Source: an uncultured Candidatus Rokubacteria bacterium (GTDB taxonomy: Bacteria > Methylomirabilota > Methylomirabilia > Rokubacteriales > CSP1-6). Taken from it: DNA of 64,000 bases. The DNA lies in NCBI GenBank assembly GCA_963754315.1, contig CAVWFS010000008.1, forward strand, positions 1 to 64,000, written 5' to 3'. Position numbers and translations under genes: made by a program. This document shows positions 31,163 to 40,113 of the stretch, one piece after another (position 1 is the first letter of the stretch; every line of letters begins with the position of its first letter). The notes under the pieces were generated by a model. That model did not search any database, had not been told where the DNA came from, and was given only the letters and a program-made list of their open reading frames with translations.

Positions 31163-31184
31163 GCGCGTGTCCCTTCTCGCCCGA

Positions 31185-34112
31185 TTAGAACGTTTTGAGA
31201 TATTCGAGCAGGGCCTGCTTCTGCTCGGGCGGGAGGTCGGTGCCGTAGGCCGGGCCCTCGTGACCGCCGTTGCCGTTACCGGGCTGGCTGGTCTCGAAAC
31301 GGAAGAGGGCACGCCCGTCCTGAGTGGCGAGGTTCCAGACGAAGCCGACGTTGACGGGATCGTAGACGTCCCCGCCACGGTAGAAGACCTTGGTCCGTGC
31401 CGCCGCCGGCTCGAGCAGTTCGCGCAGATTGGGGACCGAGCCGTTGTGCAGGTAGGGCGCGCGCAGCCAGATCCCGTCGAGCGGCGCGTTGGCGTAGCCG
31501 AAGGTCTTGCGGAAGTGGCTGAACCGTTGGGGATAGGGCGGCTTGAACCCCCAGTCCTTCTCGTAGCCGGCGTAGAGGGTGCTCTGGTTCACGGCCAGGA
31601 GCCAGGTGTAGGAGTCGAGGCGGTGGCGGTCGGTGTCGATCCGGTCGATCGGCACCACGGTGCCGACGAGCTCGTCCGCCCGCGGCGGATTGTTGCGAAA
31701 GGGCACCTGCCGCGTGCCATGGCAGCCCGCACAGTACTGGGCGTACAGTGGCCCTCCCTGCGCCGCCAGCGTCTGGTCGATGGGATACGGGTAGGGTGGC
31801 GGCTGCGCGGTCTCCAGGTACGTGGCGGTGCGCAGGACACGCTCGGCATCCAGAGCCGGCGGGTAGGCGCCGGTGCCGAAGGCAGCGGAGAGATTGCGCT
31901 CGTCTACCGAGGTGTTGTTACCGTCCCAATGAAGCTGCATCCCCTTGCGCGGCCCCTGATTCCAGATCGACGGGAAGTCGACGTTGGCGTGCAGCTCCTT
32001 GGGATCGGCATTCTGCATGGGGAAGTTCAGGAGGGCTTTCGGGTTGTTGAAGGTGTCGACCCGTCCCGGGCCCGCTGACCTGGGATCAATGAACAGGAGA
32101 CGATCCCGGACCATGATCAAGCGGTTGCGCATGAGGGGAACCGCGAGATAGCCAACGAGCAAGCGATTGAGCAGGTCGTCGGGCTTGACGACCTCCCGGT
32201 GCGGGGCCGTCTCCATCTTCCGGATCTGAGCGAGCAGGATCGCCGGGGCGAACTTCTCGCTCAACGGAATGTCCATCAGGAACTGCGAGAAGGCGCCAAG
32301 GTCGAAGGTATTGGCTGGCATGCCAGCGATCACCCGCGGGGGAGCGCCGGGCGCGTCCCGCACCGTGCCCGTGTGGCAGACGGCGCAGTTCAGGAACACC
32401 CGCTCGAGGCCCTGGACGTTGCGCCGCGACATCCCGACCGGCAGGTCGTAGCGCGGGTCCGCCCCCGGCTCGTAGATCATCCCGAACGCGGCGTAGCCGC
32501 GGCCGGGCTTCTTGTCGGGCAGGTATTCCGGGAAAAGCTCCGGAAGGGCGACCCAGATCCAGTAGGGGAATCCCGACATGCGCTCGCCGCCGGTCGACCC
32601 GTGCTTGAAATGGTCGACGTCGGCGGCGTAGTCGACCGGGCGGTCGCCGGTGAGCCGTGCGGCCAGATAGAGGCCGGAGAGCACGGCCAGGGCGAGGACT
32701 ACGAGACACGCGGTCCGCAGCCACCGGCGCCATCGAGGCGCCGTGGAGACCACTTCAGCGGGCGCGTTCATGGCGGGGGTCGAGTCTTCGAGGAGGGGAC
32801 TCGGAGGCTGACGGAGGTACCGCGCCAGCCGCGTGAAGAGGCCTTCGTTCTCGCGGCGGGGACGCTCCTGGCCGCTGGGCGGGCGGTTCTGGACACTCGC
32901 GGGGTAGACGCTCCGCCGCAGGTCGGTCAGGAAGCCGTGGGGGACGAACCCGCGCCCCGCGACTGGATCGAAATGCAGCGCTTCCTGGTCGATCTGGATC
33001 TCCTCCTCGAAGCGGATCTCCGCGAAGGGCACGAAGGGCTTCGGGCCGTCAGAGACGTGCTGAGCTTCGATCCGGATGACCGCGTGGCCGGCCACCGCCT
33101 GGGTGAGGCGCTCTTCGCGGGCGGCGCCATCGTTCGCGATGCCCGGCGTGAGGCCGCTCGTGCCGAGGTCCGGGACGAACCGGATCCAGACATCGAGCTG
33201 GGTGTTGTCGATCCGGTACGGGACCTGGGCAAAGTAGAGGTTCTGGAAGTAGTCGAACTTACGGAGGCCGAACATCCAGCCTCCCGTCGCGAGGTTGACG
33301 AGGAGCTTCCATAGCCGATCGCCACCGGCGGTGCAGAGCAGGTCGAGGTCCTCGCCTGGCCGCCGCTGAATCGGGACCTCACCTGGCGCCGCGGCGGAGA
33401 AGAAACGCGTCGCGATGCTCGGCGCATCAGGGAGCAGGTCCGCCAGCCAACGCGGCCATCCCCTCTTCACGAGGCCCATGCCGATGCGCAGAAGAACCGT
33501 GCTACCCGCCAGATGCCCGGCGGCCCGCGCGAGGCCGGGGTCCGCGGGCTCTAGTGAACGGACGGTGCCGCGGAACGTTCTCCCGTCGGGGTGGAACGTG
33601 CGCGCGTTGCGGACCACGCCGCTGGTGAAGCCGAAGAAGCCGGCCGCCATCTTCGCGCCGAGCGGGGGGTGCCCGGCGCCCTCGGCGCCGCGGGCGGCAG
33701 TTCGCCACGCCGACAACGTCCACAGGAACCCCACGAAATCGGTGATCGAGAAGGCCAAAGCCAGCGCGCCCGGCAGGATGTCCCGGTACCAGAGGATCGC
33801 CATGATCACCGGCACGAACGGCCGATCGAGCAGCGAAGCGAAGGCGAACTCCTGTGAGTTCAGGCGTCCGCTTACCACGTAGAGCGCGCCCAGGCCGCAG
33901 ACCAGCAGGCCGGCCAGCCGGAGATAGTTTGCGCCCTGCAGGGTGAGCGGCGGCAGGCTCAACAGCAGCTCGACCAGGCCCGGGGCGATGAGGATGACGA
34001 GTCCAAGGACCAGATCGACCCACCCGAAGACTTCTACCGTCCGGGCGACGCGGGTCTGCCCGCCGGCTTTCCAGAGGCGATGGAACATCTCGCTCAGCGC
34101 AGGCGTCGGCAT
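31185..34112 (-). CDS. fusion: 4TM domain + catalase-like heme domain + TM + RoxA/MauG-like di-heme cytochrome c
   Basis: RTFHPDG (His 33591-33593) and LRRSVYPAS (Tyr 32904-32906); CAVCH 32373-32387; CAGCH 31719-31733; LDGIWLRAPYLHNGSVP; GNGGHEG...LLEYLKTF. Confidence 0.8.
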   Translation of the reverse strand: MPTPALSEMFHRLWKAGGQTRVARTVEVFGWVDLVLGLVILIAPGLVELLLSLPPLTLQGANYLRLAGLLVCGLGALYVVSGRLNSQEFAFASLLDRPFVPVIMAILWYRDILPGALALAFSITDFVGFLWTLSAWRTAARGAEGAGHPPLGAKMAAGFFGFTSGVVRNARTFHPDGRTFRGTVRSLEPADPGLARAAGHLAGSTVLLRIGMGLVKRGWPRWLADLLPDAPSIATRFFSAAAPGEVPIQRRPGEDLDLLCTAGGDRLWKLLVNLATGGWMFGLRKFDYFQNLYFAQVPYRIDNTQLDVWIRFVPDLGTSGLTPGIANDGAAREERLTQAVAGHAVIRIEAQHVSDGPKPFVPFAEIRFEEEIQIDQEALHFDPVAGRGFVPHGFLTDLRRSVYPASVQNRPPSGQERPRRENEGLFTRLARYLRQPPSPLLEDSTPAMNAPAEVVSTAPRWRRWLRTACLVVLALAVLSGLYLAARLTGDRPVDYAADVDHFKHGSTGGERMSGFPYWIWVALPELFPEYLPDKKPGRGYAAFGMIYEPGADPRYDLPVGMSRRNVQGLERVFLNCAVCHTGTVRDAPGAPPRVIAGMPANTFDLGAFSQFLMDIPLSEKFAPAILLAQIRKMETAPHREVVKPDDLLNRLLVGYLAVPLMRNRLIMVRDRLLFIDPRSAGPGRVDTFNNPKALLNFPMQNADPKELHANVDFPSIWNQGPRKGMQLHWDGNNTSVDERNLSAAFGTGAYPPALDAERVLRTATYLETAQPPPYPYPIDQTLAAQGGPLYAQYCAGCHGTRQVPFRNNPPRADELVGTVVPIDRIDTDRHRLDSYTWLLAVNQSTLYAGYEKDWGFKPPYPQRFSHFRKTFGYANAPLDGIWLRAPYLHNGSVPNLRELLEPAAARTKVFYRGGDVYDPVNVGFVWNLATQDGRALFRFETSQPGNGNGGHEGPAYGTDLPPEQKQALLEYLKTF

Positions 34113-34190
34113 GGTCTTCGGCCCTCCCCCGCGGCATGCCACCCTCGAGAGGAGGACAAGCCGTCAGTTGCATTGCAGACGCGTCTCTTC

Positions 34191-34315
34191 ATTGAGCGCG
34201 ACTTTTTACAGGAATGTCAAACATACATAGCCCCGAGGCGACGAGCCCGAGGGGCGCTCCCCGAGGGGCCACTATTTCAGCGCATTTGACAGGTGTCTCT
34301 ATCGGCACCCATACT
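34191..34315. promoter_or_regulatory. back-to-back promoters with three CCCGAGG direct repeats
   Basis: TTGACA on minus (34220-34215) and plus (34286-34291, CATACT at 34310); CCCGAGG at 34232, 34246 and 34260. Confidence 0.55.
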
Positions 34316-34370
34316 TTTCGTCACGGCTTGCCAGCGCCCTTCGGCGGCGCCTCCTGGGGAGGAGCAGGTC

Positions 34371-36809
34371 ATGAGATGGATGTGGGCAACCATCGGCGTC
34401 CCGGTCCTGCTTGGGCTCACCTTGGTCACCTCGATCTCGCAAAGCCCCCGATCGTTTCAGTCGCCTGGCTATCAGGAGAGTGAGCGGGGCCTGACACCCT
34501 CGGAGCGCGCTGGCCGCGCCATCTGGTTCTACGCGACGGCCGGCAACGACCGATTCCATACGTACACCTTCCAGCAACGGTTGGGCGTCATGATCGATTG
34601 GTTCCGCGTGCTGAATTCCGAGTCCCGCCCAGAACGATTCCGCACGTGGGGGCTCATCAACGATCCCGATTGCTGCACGCCCGGATCGCCGAACTGTCCC
34701 GCCAAGAGCCTCGAAGAGACCTATGGTTTCGACTGGTGCCCGGGAGACGAGACCCTCCTGACCTTCGTAGGTAAGACGGGCTATCGCGACCCCGCCTGTG
34801 ATCTCGAGGACGCCCCTCTGGCCGCCGACGACAAGCATGGGCCGAAGGACCAGCGGCAGTCCGCGTGCGATCTGGCCTTCGGCACGTCTACCGGCGTCCT
34901 CGGGTTCCGGAAGTTTCCCAATCCGCGCTTCAACATCGAGCAGTGGAAGCGAATCAACGACGGCAAGCTCGGCACCTGGGTCGGATACAACCGTCGCCTG
35001 AGCCCGGACCCCACCCGGTCCGATGTGCGGGTCTCTCGCCTCTCGGATGGCTCCATCGAGCCGCCCTTCCGGGTCGGCATGGCCTGCGGCGGCTGCCACA
35101 TCGCGTTCAATCCGCTGAATCCTCCCAAGGATCCGGCCGCCCCCGCCTGGGCCAACATCGATGGCACGGTCGGCAACCAGTACCTCCGGGTGTCGGAGAT
35201 GTTCGTGTCGGGCATGCCCCAGGACAGCCTCGAGTGGCAAGTGTTCACGGTGGCCCGACCGGGCGCGGTGGACACCTCGGGGATCCCGACTGATCAGGTC
35301 AACAATCCCGGCACCATGAACGCCATCATCAATATCGCCCGCCGGCCACGTTTCGCGGAGGACGTAGACAAGTGGCGAAAAGTCTCTGGCTGTCCGGCCG
35401 GGGCCAGCGAACGCACCTGCTGGTGCGAGCCGGGCAAGGCGGGCAAGTGCTGGGAGAAGAGCGTGAAGCGCGAGGAGATTCGCCACATTCTCAAGGGGGG
35501 AGAGGACAGCATCGGTGATAAAGAGGCGGTGCAGCGCGTCTACTTCAATATCGGCAGCTGTGCCGAGGCGTGCTGGGTGAATCACCTGACGAGCTTGCGC
35601 GAGCTCGATCCCTCACAGCGAGGGTTCGGCCAGACCCCCTTCGACATCGGGCAGTGCCGGCGCGACTGTCCCAACTTCCGGGCCATCGAAGACCGGCTTG
35701 ACGATATCGTCAACTTTCTGTTGACGGGACGACCCACCGATCTCTATGTGGCGAGGGGGCTGAAAGACCAGCGCGACCTCGTCGAACAGTTGGACCGAGA
35801 GTTCGGCGCCGGCTCGGTCTCCCGCGGTCGGGCGGTGTTCGCTGACAATTGCGCCCGCTGTCACTCGAGCCAGGCCGAGCCGTTCCAGGCCCGCGACTTT
35901 CGGGCCCCCGCCGCCGAGCCTGGACAGACCACCGTGCGCGCCGACTGGCTGGGGAACGACAAGCCGACACCCGTCACCGAGGTGGGAACCTACCGCGCCC
36001 GCGCGCTCCACTCGAACCACATGGCCGGCCACCTGTGGGAGGAATACGCGTCCCTCACCTATCGGCAGCGCCCCCCCGAAGCGAACATCAAGGAACCGGC
36101 CGACGGCGGCCGCGGGTACTACCGGAACCTCTCTCTCCTCAGCGTGTGGGCCCACGCTCCCTTCATGCACAACAACGCCATCGGCCCAGAGTTGTGCGGC
36201 GCCCCTGGTAACCCGGCGGATCTCTACCGGAATCCCTACGTCGACGGGAACGGAAAGTTGCTCGCCAATCCACCGCCGTGCTGGGCCTTCGATCCGAGCG
36301 TGAAAGGCCGCTACGAGCTCTTCAAGGCCTCGATGGAAGATCTGCTCAACCCGAGCCGACGCATCCCCAAGATGGTCGTGCTCAACGTCGACGTGCCCAT
36401 CGATGTGGGGCCGAAATTCTTGGACGGCGAGAAGGAAAAGAAGCTGATCGGTCTGGAGCTCACGGTCCCCAAGGGAACGCGCTCGTGGGTGCTGGGCAAT
36501 CTGCTGTACAAGCAGCTGGTCATCGATCTCGTGCTGGCCAAGACGGATCCCGAGAAGCTCAAAGCCAAGTACACCAAGCGCTTCGGCGCTGCCGAGTCGG
36601 AACGGATCGCCACCTCGCTGCGCGAGATGGCCGACGAGGTCCGCCGGTCGCCCCGTCAAGTGCTGGGGATCGCGAATCAACGGCTCCCATTGCTCATGAC
36701 GCTCTACAGCACCAGCACCGCGGACATCGAGAACAGCGGGCACCGCTTCGGCGAGGATCTAGCGGAGCGTGACAAGAAGGCGCTCATCGCCTTCCTGGCC
36801 ACGCTGTAG
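34371..36809 (+). CDS. exported Cys-rich RoxA-like di-heme cytochrome c
   Basis: Signal peptide; CGGCH, CARCH; LLSVWAHAPFMHNNAIG (MauG-motif variant); ENSGHRFG...LIAFLATL; 16 extra Cys. Confidence 0.82.
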   Translation: MRWMWATIGVPVLLGLTLVTSISQSPRSFQSPGYQESERGLTPSERAGRAIWFYATAGNDRFHTYTFQQRLGVMIDWFRVLNSESRPERFRTWGLINDPDCCTPGSPNCPAKSLEETYGFDWCPGDETLLTFVGKTGYRDPACDLEDAPLAADDKHGPKDQRQSACDLAFGTSTGVLGFRKFPNPRFNIEQWKRINDGKLGTWVGYNRRLSPDPTRSDVRVSRLSDGSIEPPFRVGMACGGCHIAFNPLNPPKDPAAPAWANIDGTVGNQYLRVSEMFVSGMPQDSLEWQVFTVARPGAVDTSGIPTDQVNNPGTMNAIINIARRPRFAEDVDKWRKVSGCPAGASERTCWCEPGKAGKCWEKSVKREEIRHILKGGEDSIGDKEAVQRVYFNIGSCAEACWVNHLTSLRELDPSQRGFGQTPFDIGQCRRDCPNFRAIEDRLDDIVNFLLTGRPTDLYVARGLKDQRDLVEQLDREFGAGSVSRGRAVFADNCARCHSSQAEPFQARDFRAPAAEPGQTTVRADWLGNDKPTPVTEVGTYRARALHSNHMAGHLWEEYASLTYRQRPPEANIKEPADGGRGYYRNLSLLSVWAHAPFMHNNAIGPELCGAPGNPADLYRNPYVDGNGKLLANPPPCWAFDPSVKGRYELFKASMEDLLNPSRRIPKMVVLNVDVPIDVGPKFLDGEKEKKLIGLELTVPKGTRSWVLGNLLYKQLVIDLVLAKTDPEKLKAKYTKRFGAAESERIATSLREMADEVRRSPRQVLGIANQRLPLLMTLYSTSTADIENSGHRFGEDLAERDKKALIAFLATL

Positions 36810-36819
36810 GAGGGGGCCC

Positions 36820-37710
36820 ATGCGGTACTTTCTGGGCATCGTCGTGGTCCCCCTCCTGATCGTCTCGAGTCTGGCTGTTGGCGCCTGGTACCTGTGGGGA
36901 CGGTCGCCTCGTCCTCCCGAGATCGCCTTCACCCCCTACCAGGACGGCTACCAGACGAAGCCCGATTTCGCCCGTCTGGAGCATGAACTGCCTCTCACTC
37001 CCGTCCAGCTGTCGGCGATCACGCCTCAGAGCCTCAAGGCCCTGGACCAGGAGCAGATCAACCAGCTGTACGCGCGCCTCACGGCAGGTCCGATCCCCGA
37101 CGGGCCCTTCCGGGGCGATCTGTTCTTCCCGAGAGGCACCAGCGGTGACCCTCGTCTGGCCGAGATCGTCGGCGGGCTCAAGGGGCTCGGCCTCGAGATC
37201 GGGACCCTCAAGGCAGAAGTGCTTGGGCGCACGCTCTGGAAAGGGAAGGTCTTCTACCGAGACCAGCGTGTCCTGCGTAATCGAATCGACGATCTCGCCG
37301 TCCTCAAGCCCGTAATCGGTGGGGAGACCGACAAGATTCAGCGTCTGCCGTTCGACGGAAAGACCACGTGGCTGCTCATCCCGGCCAAGCTCTACTGCGG
37401 GCAAAGCCTGCTCGATGGCCGCCGCGAATCCATCATCATTGACTACGCGTTCAACGACGACATCGAAGGATATCGCGAGAACCCCGATTTCCTGGCCGGC
37501 CGGCGGGGCCTGGCCATCCGCGACGAGATTCGCATGGTGCACCCTGGCTTTTATCTGGGCCGCGCCTACATGAAGGGTGTGTTCCTCCTGAACTTCACCC
37601 TGGAAAACGACGAGATTGCCAAGCGCGACACGTCGGCCTTCGTCAACACCGGCAAGATTGCCGAGGACTGCTGGGTCGGCACCCAGAGGGTGGTCACCCT
37701 GCCTCGGTGA
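36820..37710 (+). CDS. membrane-anchored protein, GXWXG/DUF4334-like
   Basis: N-terminal TM; GPIPDGPFRG, WKGKVF, SLLDGRRESIIIDY, IRDEIRMVHPGFYLGRAY. Family call is from memory. Confidence 0.7.
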   Translation: MRYFLGIVVVPLLIVSSLAVGAWYLWGRSPRPPEIAFTPYQDGYQTKPDFARLEHELPLTPVQLSAITPQSLKALDQEQINQLYARLTAGPIPDGPFRGDLFFPRGTSGDPRLAEIVGGLKGLGLEIGTLKAEVLGRTLWKGKVFYRDQRVLRNRIDDLAVLKPVIGGETDKIQRLPFDGKTTWLLIPAKLYCGQSLLDGRRESIIIDYAFNDDIEGYRENPDFLAGRRGLAIRDEIRMVHPGFYLGRAYMKGVFLLNFTLENDEIAKRDTSAFVNTGKIAEDCWVGTQRVVTLPR

Positions 37711-37722
37711 GCCACGCCCACC

Positions 37723-40077
37723 GTGAGGTTCCCCGCCAACGCGGTCCTCACGGTGGCCCTCCTGGCCGGAGTTCTCGCGACTGCCTGCCGCGACGATCCT
37801 CCAGACGGGAAGCCCACGGCTGCGGTTTCCTCCGCACCGTCTGGCCAGACCGCCACGATGCCAGACTGGGCGGTGGATCCCCACGAGCCCGGGGTGAACT
37901 TGCCGCCGGTCGGTCGATCCCTCTTCGATAGCCTCGTGGCGGCGCCGCCCGGGGAGCCTCCCGCCTACCAGGTTCCGTTTCCGTTCACGGCCCTCACCGG
38001 GGCCATCGAGCGCACGCTCGAGGCCGAGGGTTCACCGTCTCCGCTGAAGCGCGTGCTGTTACCCCTCAACCGATCGCTCCAGCGGAATGCGGCGAGGCCC
38101 GACTTCTTCACGTACCCGCGGGCAGTGGTGGCCGTGGACACCGAGCCCCAAGGGCCCGCCGGGCGCGCGGGTCTCATGCTCAAGGATCGTCTCTTCATCG
38201 GGTATCAGGAGAAGGCCGATATCCTCGAGGTCATCAGCTACAACGAGGCGGCGGGGAGGTTCGAATTCCAGGTCGTCGAGGACTATCGTCGCGACGGGCG
38301 CCGGCGAGTGCTGTACGCGAATCGGGCCATGTGTGTCGTGTGCCATCAGAACCATGCGCCGATTTTTGCGCGGGCTCTCTGGGATGAAACGCAGGCGAAT
38401 CAGGGAATCGCGGCGCGCTTGCATGCCGCGCGGCGATCGTTCTATGGCATTCCTCCCGGGCAAGGCGTGGATGTTCCGTATGCCATCGACAACGCCACCG
38501 ATCGCGCCAATCTCTTTTCCGCGTTCCAGCGAGTGTGGCGCGATGGGTGTGAGGTCTCACGCCGGGAGGGGATCGCCTGCCGGGCCCAGCTGTTCACCTT
38601 GGCCCTCCAGTACCGGCTGAGCGGCGCCCGAGACGTGGACCGACGCGCCGCAGCTTATCGTGACGTGGTGGTCCCGACCCTCCTCCGAGGCTGGCAGCAA
38701 CGCTGGCCCCGCGGCCTCGCCATCCCGAATCCCGACATTCCGAACCGCGATCCCCTGGCCGGCAACCTCGAAGGAAGCCTGGAAGCCGGCCGTCTTTCAG
38801 CTGAAGCGCGCCTGACGATGCTGGTCACGCAGTCGGATGTTCACGCGCGCTTCGAGCCCTCGAGTCCCCGGCCGCCCCTCGAAGTCTGGTCCGTGGCCGC
38901 TGGAGCAGGGGAGGTGATCGATCGCGTGATCGCTGGATTGTCGTGGTTCCTGGCGGCCGACGACATCCGACGCCTCGATCGCCATCTCTTCGCACAAGGG
39001 TTGCGCGCGGGCGCGAGTGAGGAGCGGTACGAGACCCCGTGCGAATACCAGGCCAGCGCGCGCGGCCACGCTGCGTATCGGCTGACGTTCTCGTGTCAGC
39101 CGCCCGAGGGGCAGTCGAACCGCGGCCATTTCGCCCTGGAGGGATTCGTGTATCTCGAGGGAGGGCGGCTCACCGGGGGCACGATCGAGCGCCTCACCGT
39201 GGGCGAGGGAGATGACCTCAAGGATCTCGAGATCGTGGCGGCGCGCGCCCACGGGAAGGGGCCAGTACCCGTGGCTGGGCAAGGCCGCGCCGAGGCCGAG
39301 TGGTCCGTCGATCTTGACGTCGTACAGAGGGACACAGGGCTGCACGCGCGACGCCTGGACGGCCGTGCGGTCCGTCGTCTCACCTTGCGGGCGAATGCAT
39401 CGGTGTTCACCGTGTCACCCCGCGCTTCCGCTGGCCGCGCAATCCTCACCATGGTGGACGACGTCGCACCTCTGCGCGCGGCGCTCGGCCAGTTGGCGAT
39501 CAAGACCGAGGCGAGCGAGATCGACATCTTCGCGGAAGGTCCCTTTCGGCGCGCTCATCTGATGAAAGCCCTCGAGGAGCACCTCGGAGTCCAGCCGTCT
39601 TGCTGCCTCGGCGATCCGAGACTGCCACCGGCCCGCCTCCAGGGCGCTGAGGGACCGGCCGATGTGAATCCGGACGAGGGTGTCGGCGCGGAAGAGCGCG
39701 CCATGACACTGCTCAACCGGTACTGTGGGACGTGCCACCGGACGCCGGCACCGTTCCCTCCGAACTTTCTCGGCAGCAATGACGCGCGAGTGCCCGCGAG
39801 CGTGGGGCAGTGCGCGGAGCGGATCTTCTTCCGCCTGCGCATGTGGCAGCTCGCGCCGCAGGCCCGGCCGAAGGTGCCGATGCCGCCTCTCTCCGCCTTG
39901 CCTCAGCTCGGAATCCCGCTCGAACCATGGCCAGATCATGCCGATCTGCACGCGATGACGGAGCATGTTGGCGGCCTGCTTAGAGCCCAAACCGGTCAGG
40001 AACCTCGGATTGAGGACCTCATGACCCGGAACTACGAGCAGCTGCGCGGCTGTCTGCCCACTCAAACCCGGCGGTGA
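37723..40077 (+). CDS. di-heme c-type cytochrome lipoprotein of unknown function
   Basis: Lipobox-like VLATA-C; CVVCH and CGTCH about 460 aa apart. Confidence 0.78.
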   Translation: MRFPANAVLTVALLAGVLATACRDDPPDGKPTAAVSSAPSGQTATMPDWAVDPHEPGVNLPPVGRSLFDSLVAAPPGEPPAYQVPFPFTALTGAIERTLEAEGSPSPLKRVLLPLNRSLQRNAARPDFFTYPRAVVAVDTEPQGPAGRAGLMLKDRLFIGYQEKADILEVISYNEAAGRFEFQVVEDYRRDGRRRVLYANRAMCVVCHQNHAPIFARALWDETQANQGIAARLHAARRSFYGIPPGQGVDVPYAIDNATDRANLFSAFQRVWRDGCEVSRREGIACRAQLFTLALQYRLSGARDVDRRAAAYRDVVVPTLLRGWQQRWPRGLAIPNPDIPNRDPLAGNLEGSLEAGRLSAEARLTMLVTQSDVHARFEPSSPRPPLEVWSVAAGAGEVIDRVIAGLSWFLAADDIRRLDRHLFAQGLRAGASEERYETPCEYQASARGHAAYRLTFSCQPPEGQSNRGHFALEGFVYLEGGRLTGGTIERLTVGEGDDLKDLEIVAARAHGKGPVPVAGQGRAEAEWSVDLDVVQRDTGLHARRLDGRAVRRLTLRANASVFTVSPRASAGRAILTMVDDVAPLRAALGQLAIKTEASEIDIFAEGPFRRAHLMKALEEHLGVQPSCCLGDPRLPPARLQGAEGPADVNPDEGVGAEERAMTLLNRYCGTCHRTPAPFPPNFLGSNDARVPASVGQCAERIFFRLRMWQLAPQARPKVPMPPLSALPQLGIPLEPWPDHADLHAMTEHVGGLLRAQTGQEPRIEDLMTRNYEQLRGCLPTQTRR

Positions 40078-40113
40078 GGAGCCCCCGGCGGCGGCCACCG
40101 AAAGGAGATCGTG

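Noticed and set aside
31185..36809. Naming the cytochromes roxA, mauG or mbnH
   Set aside because: Only superfamily motifs are visible; no mau or mbn neighbours, and orthology cannot be shown by eye.
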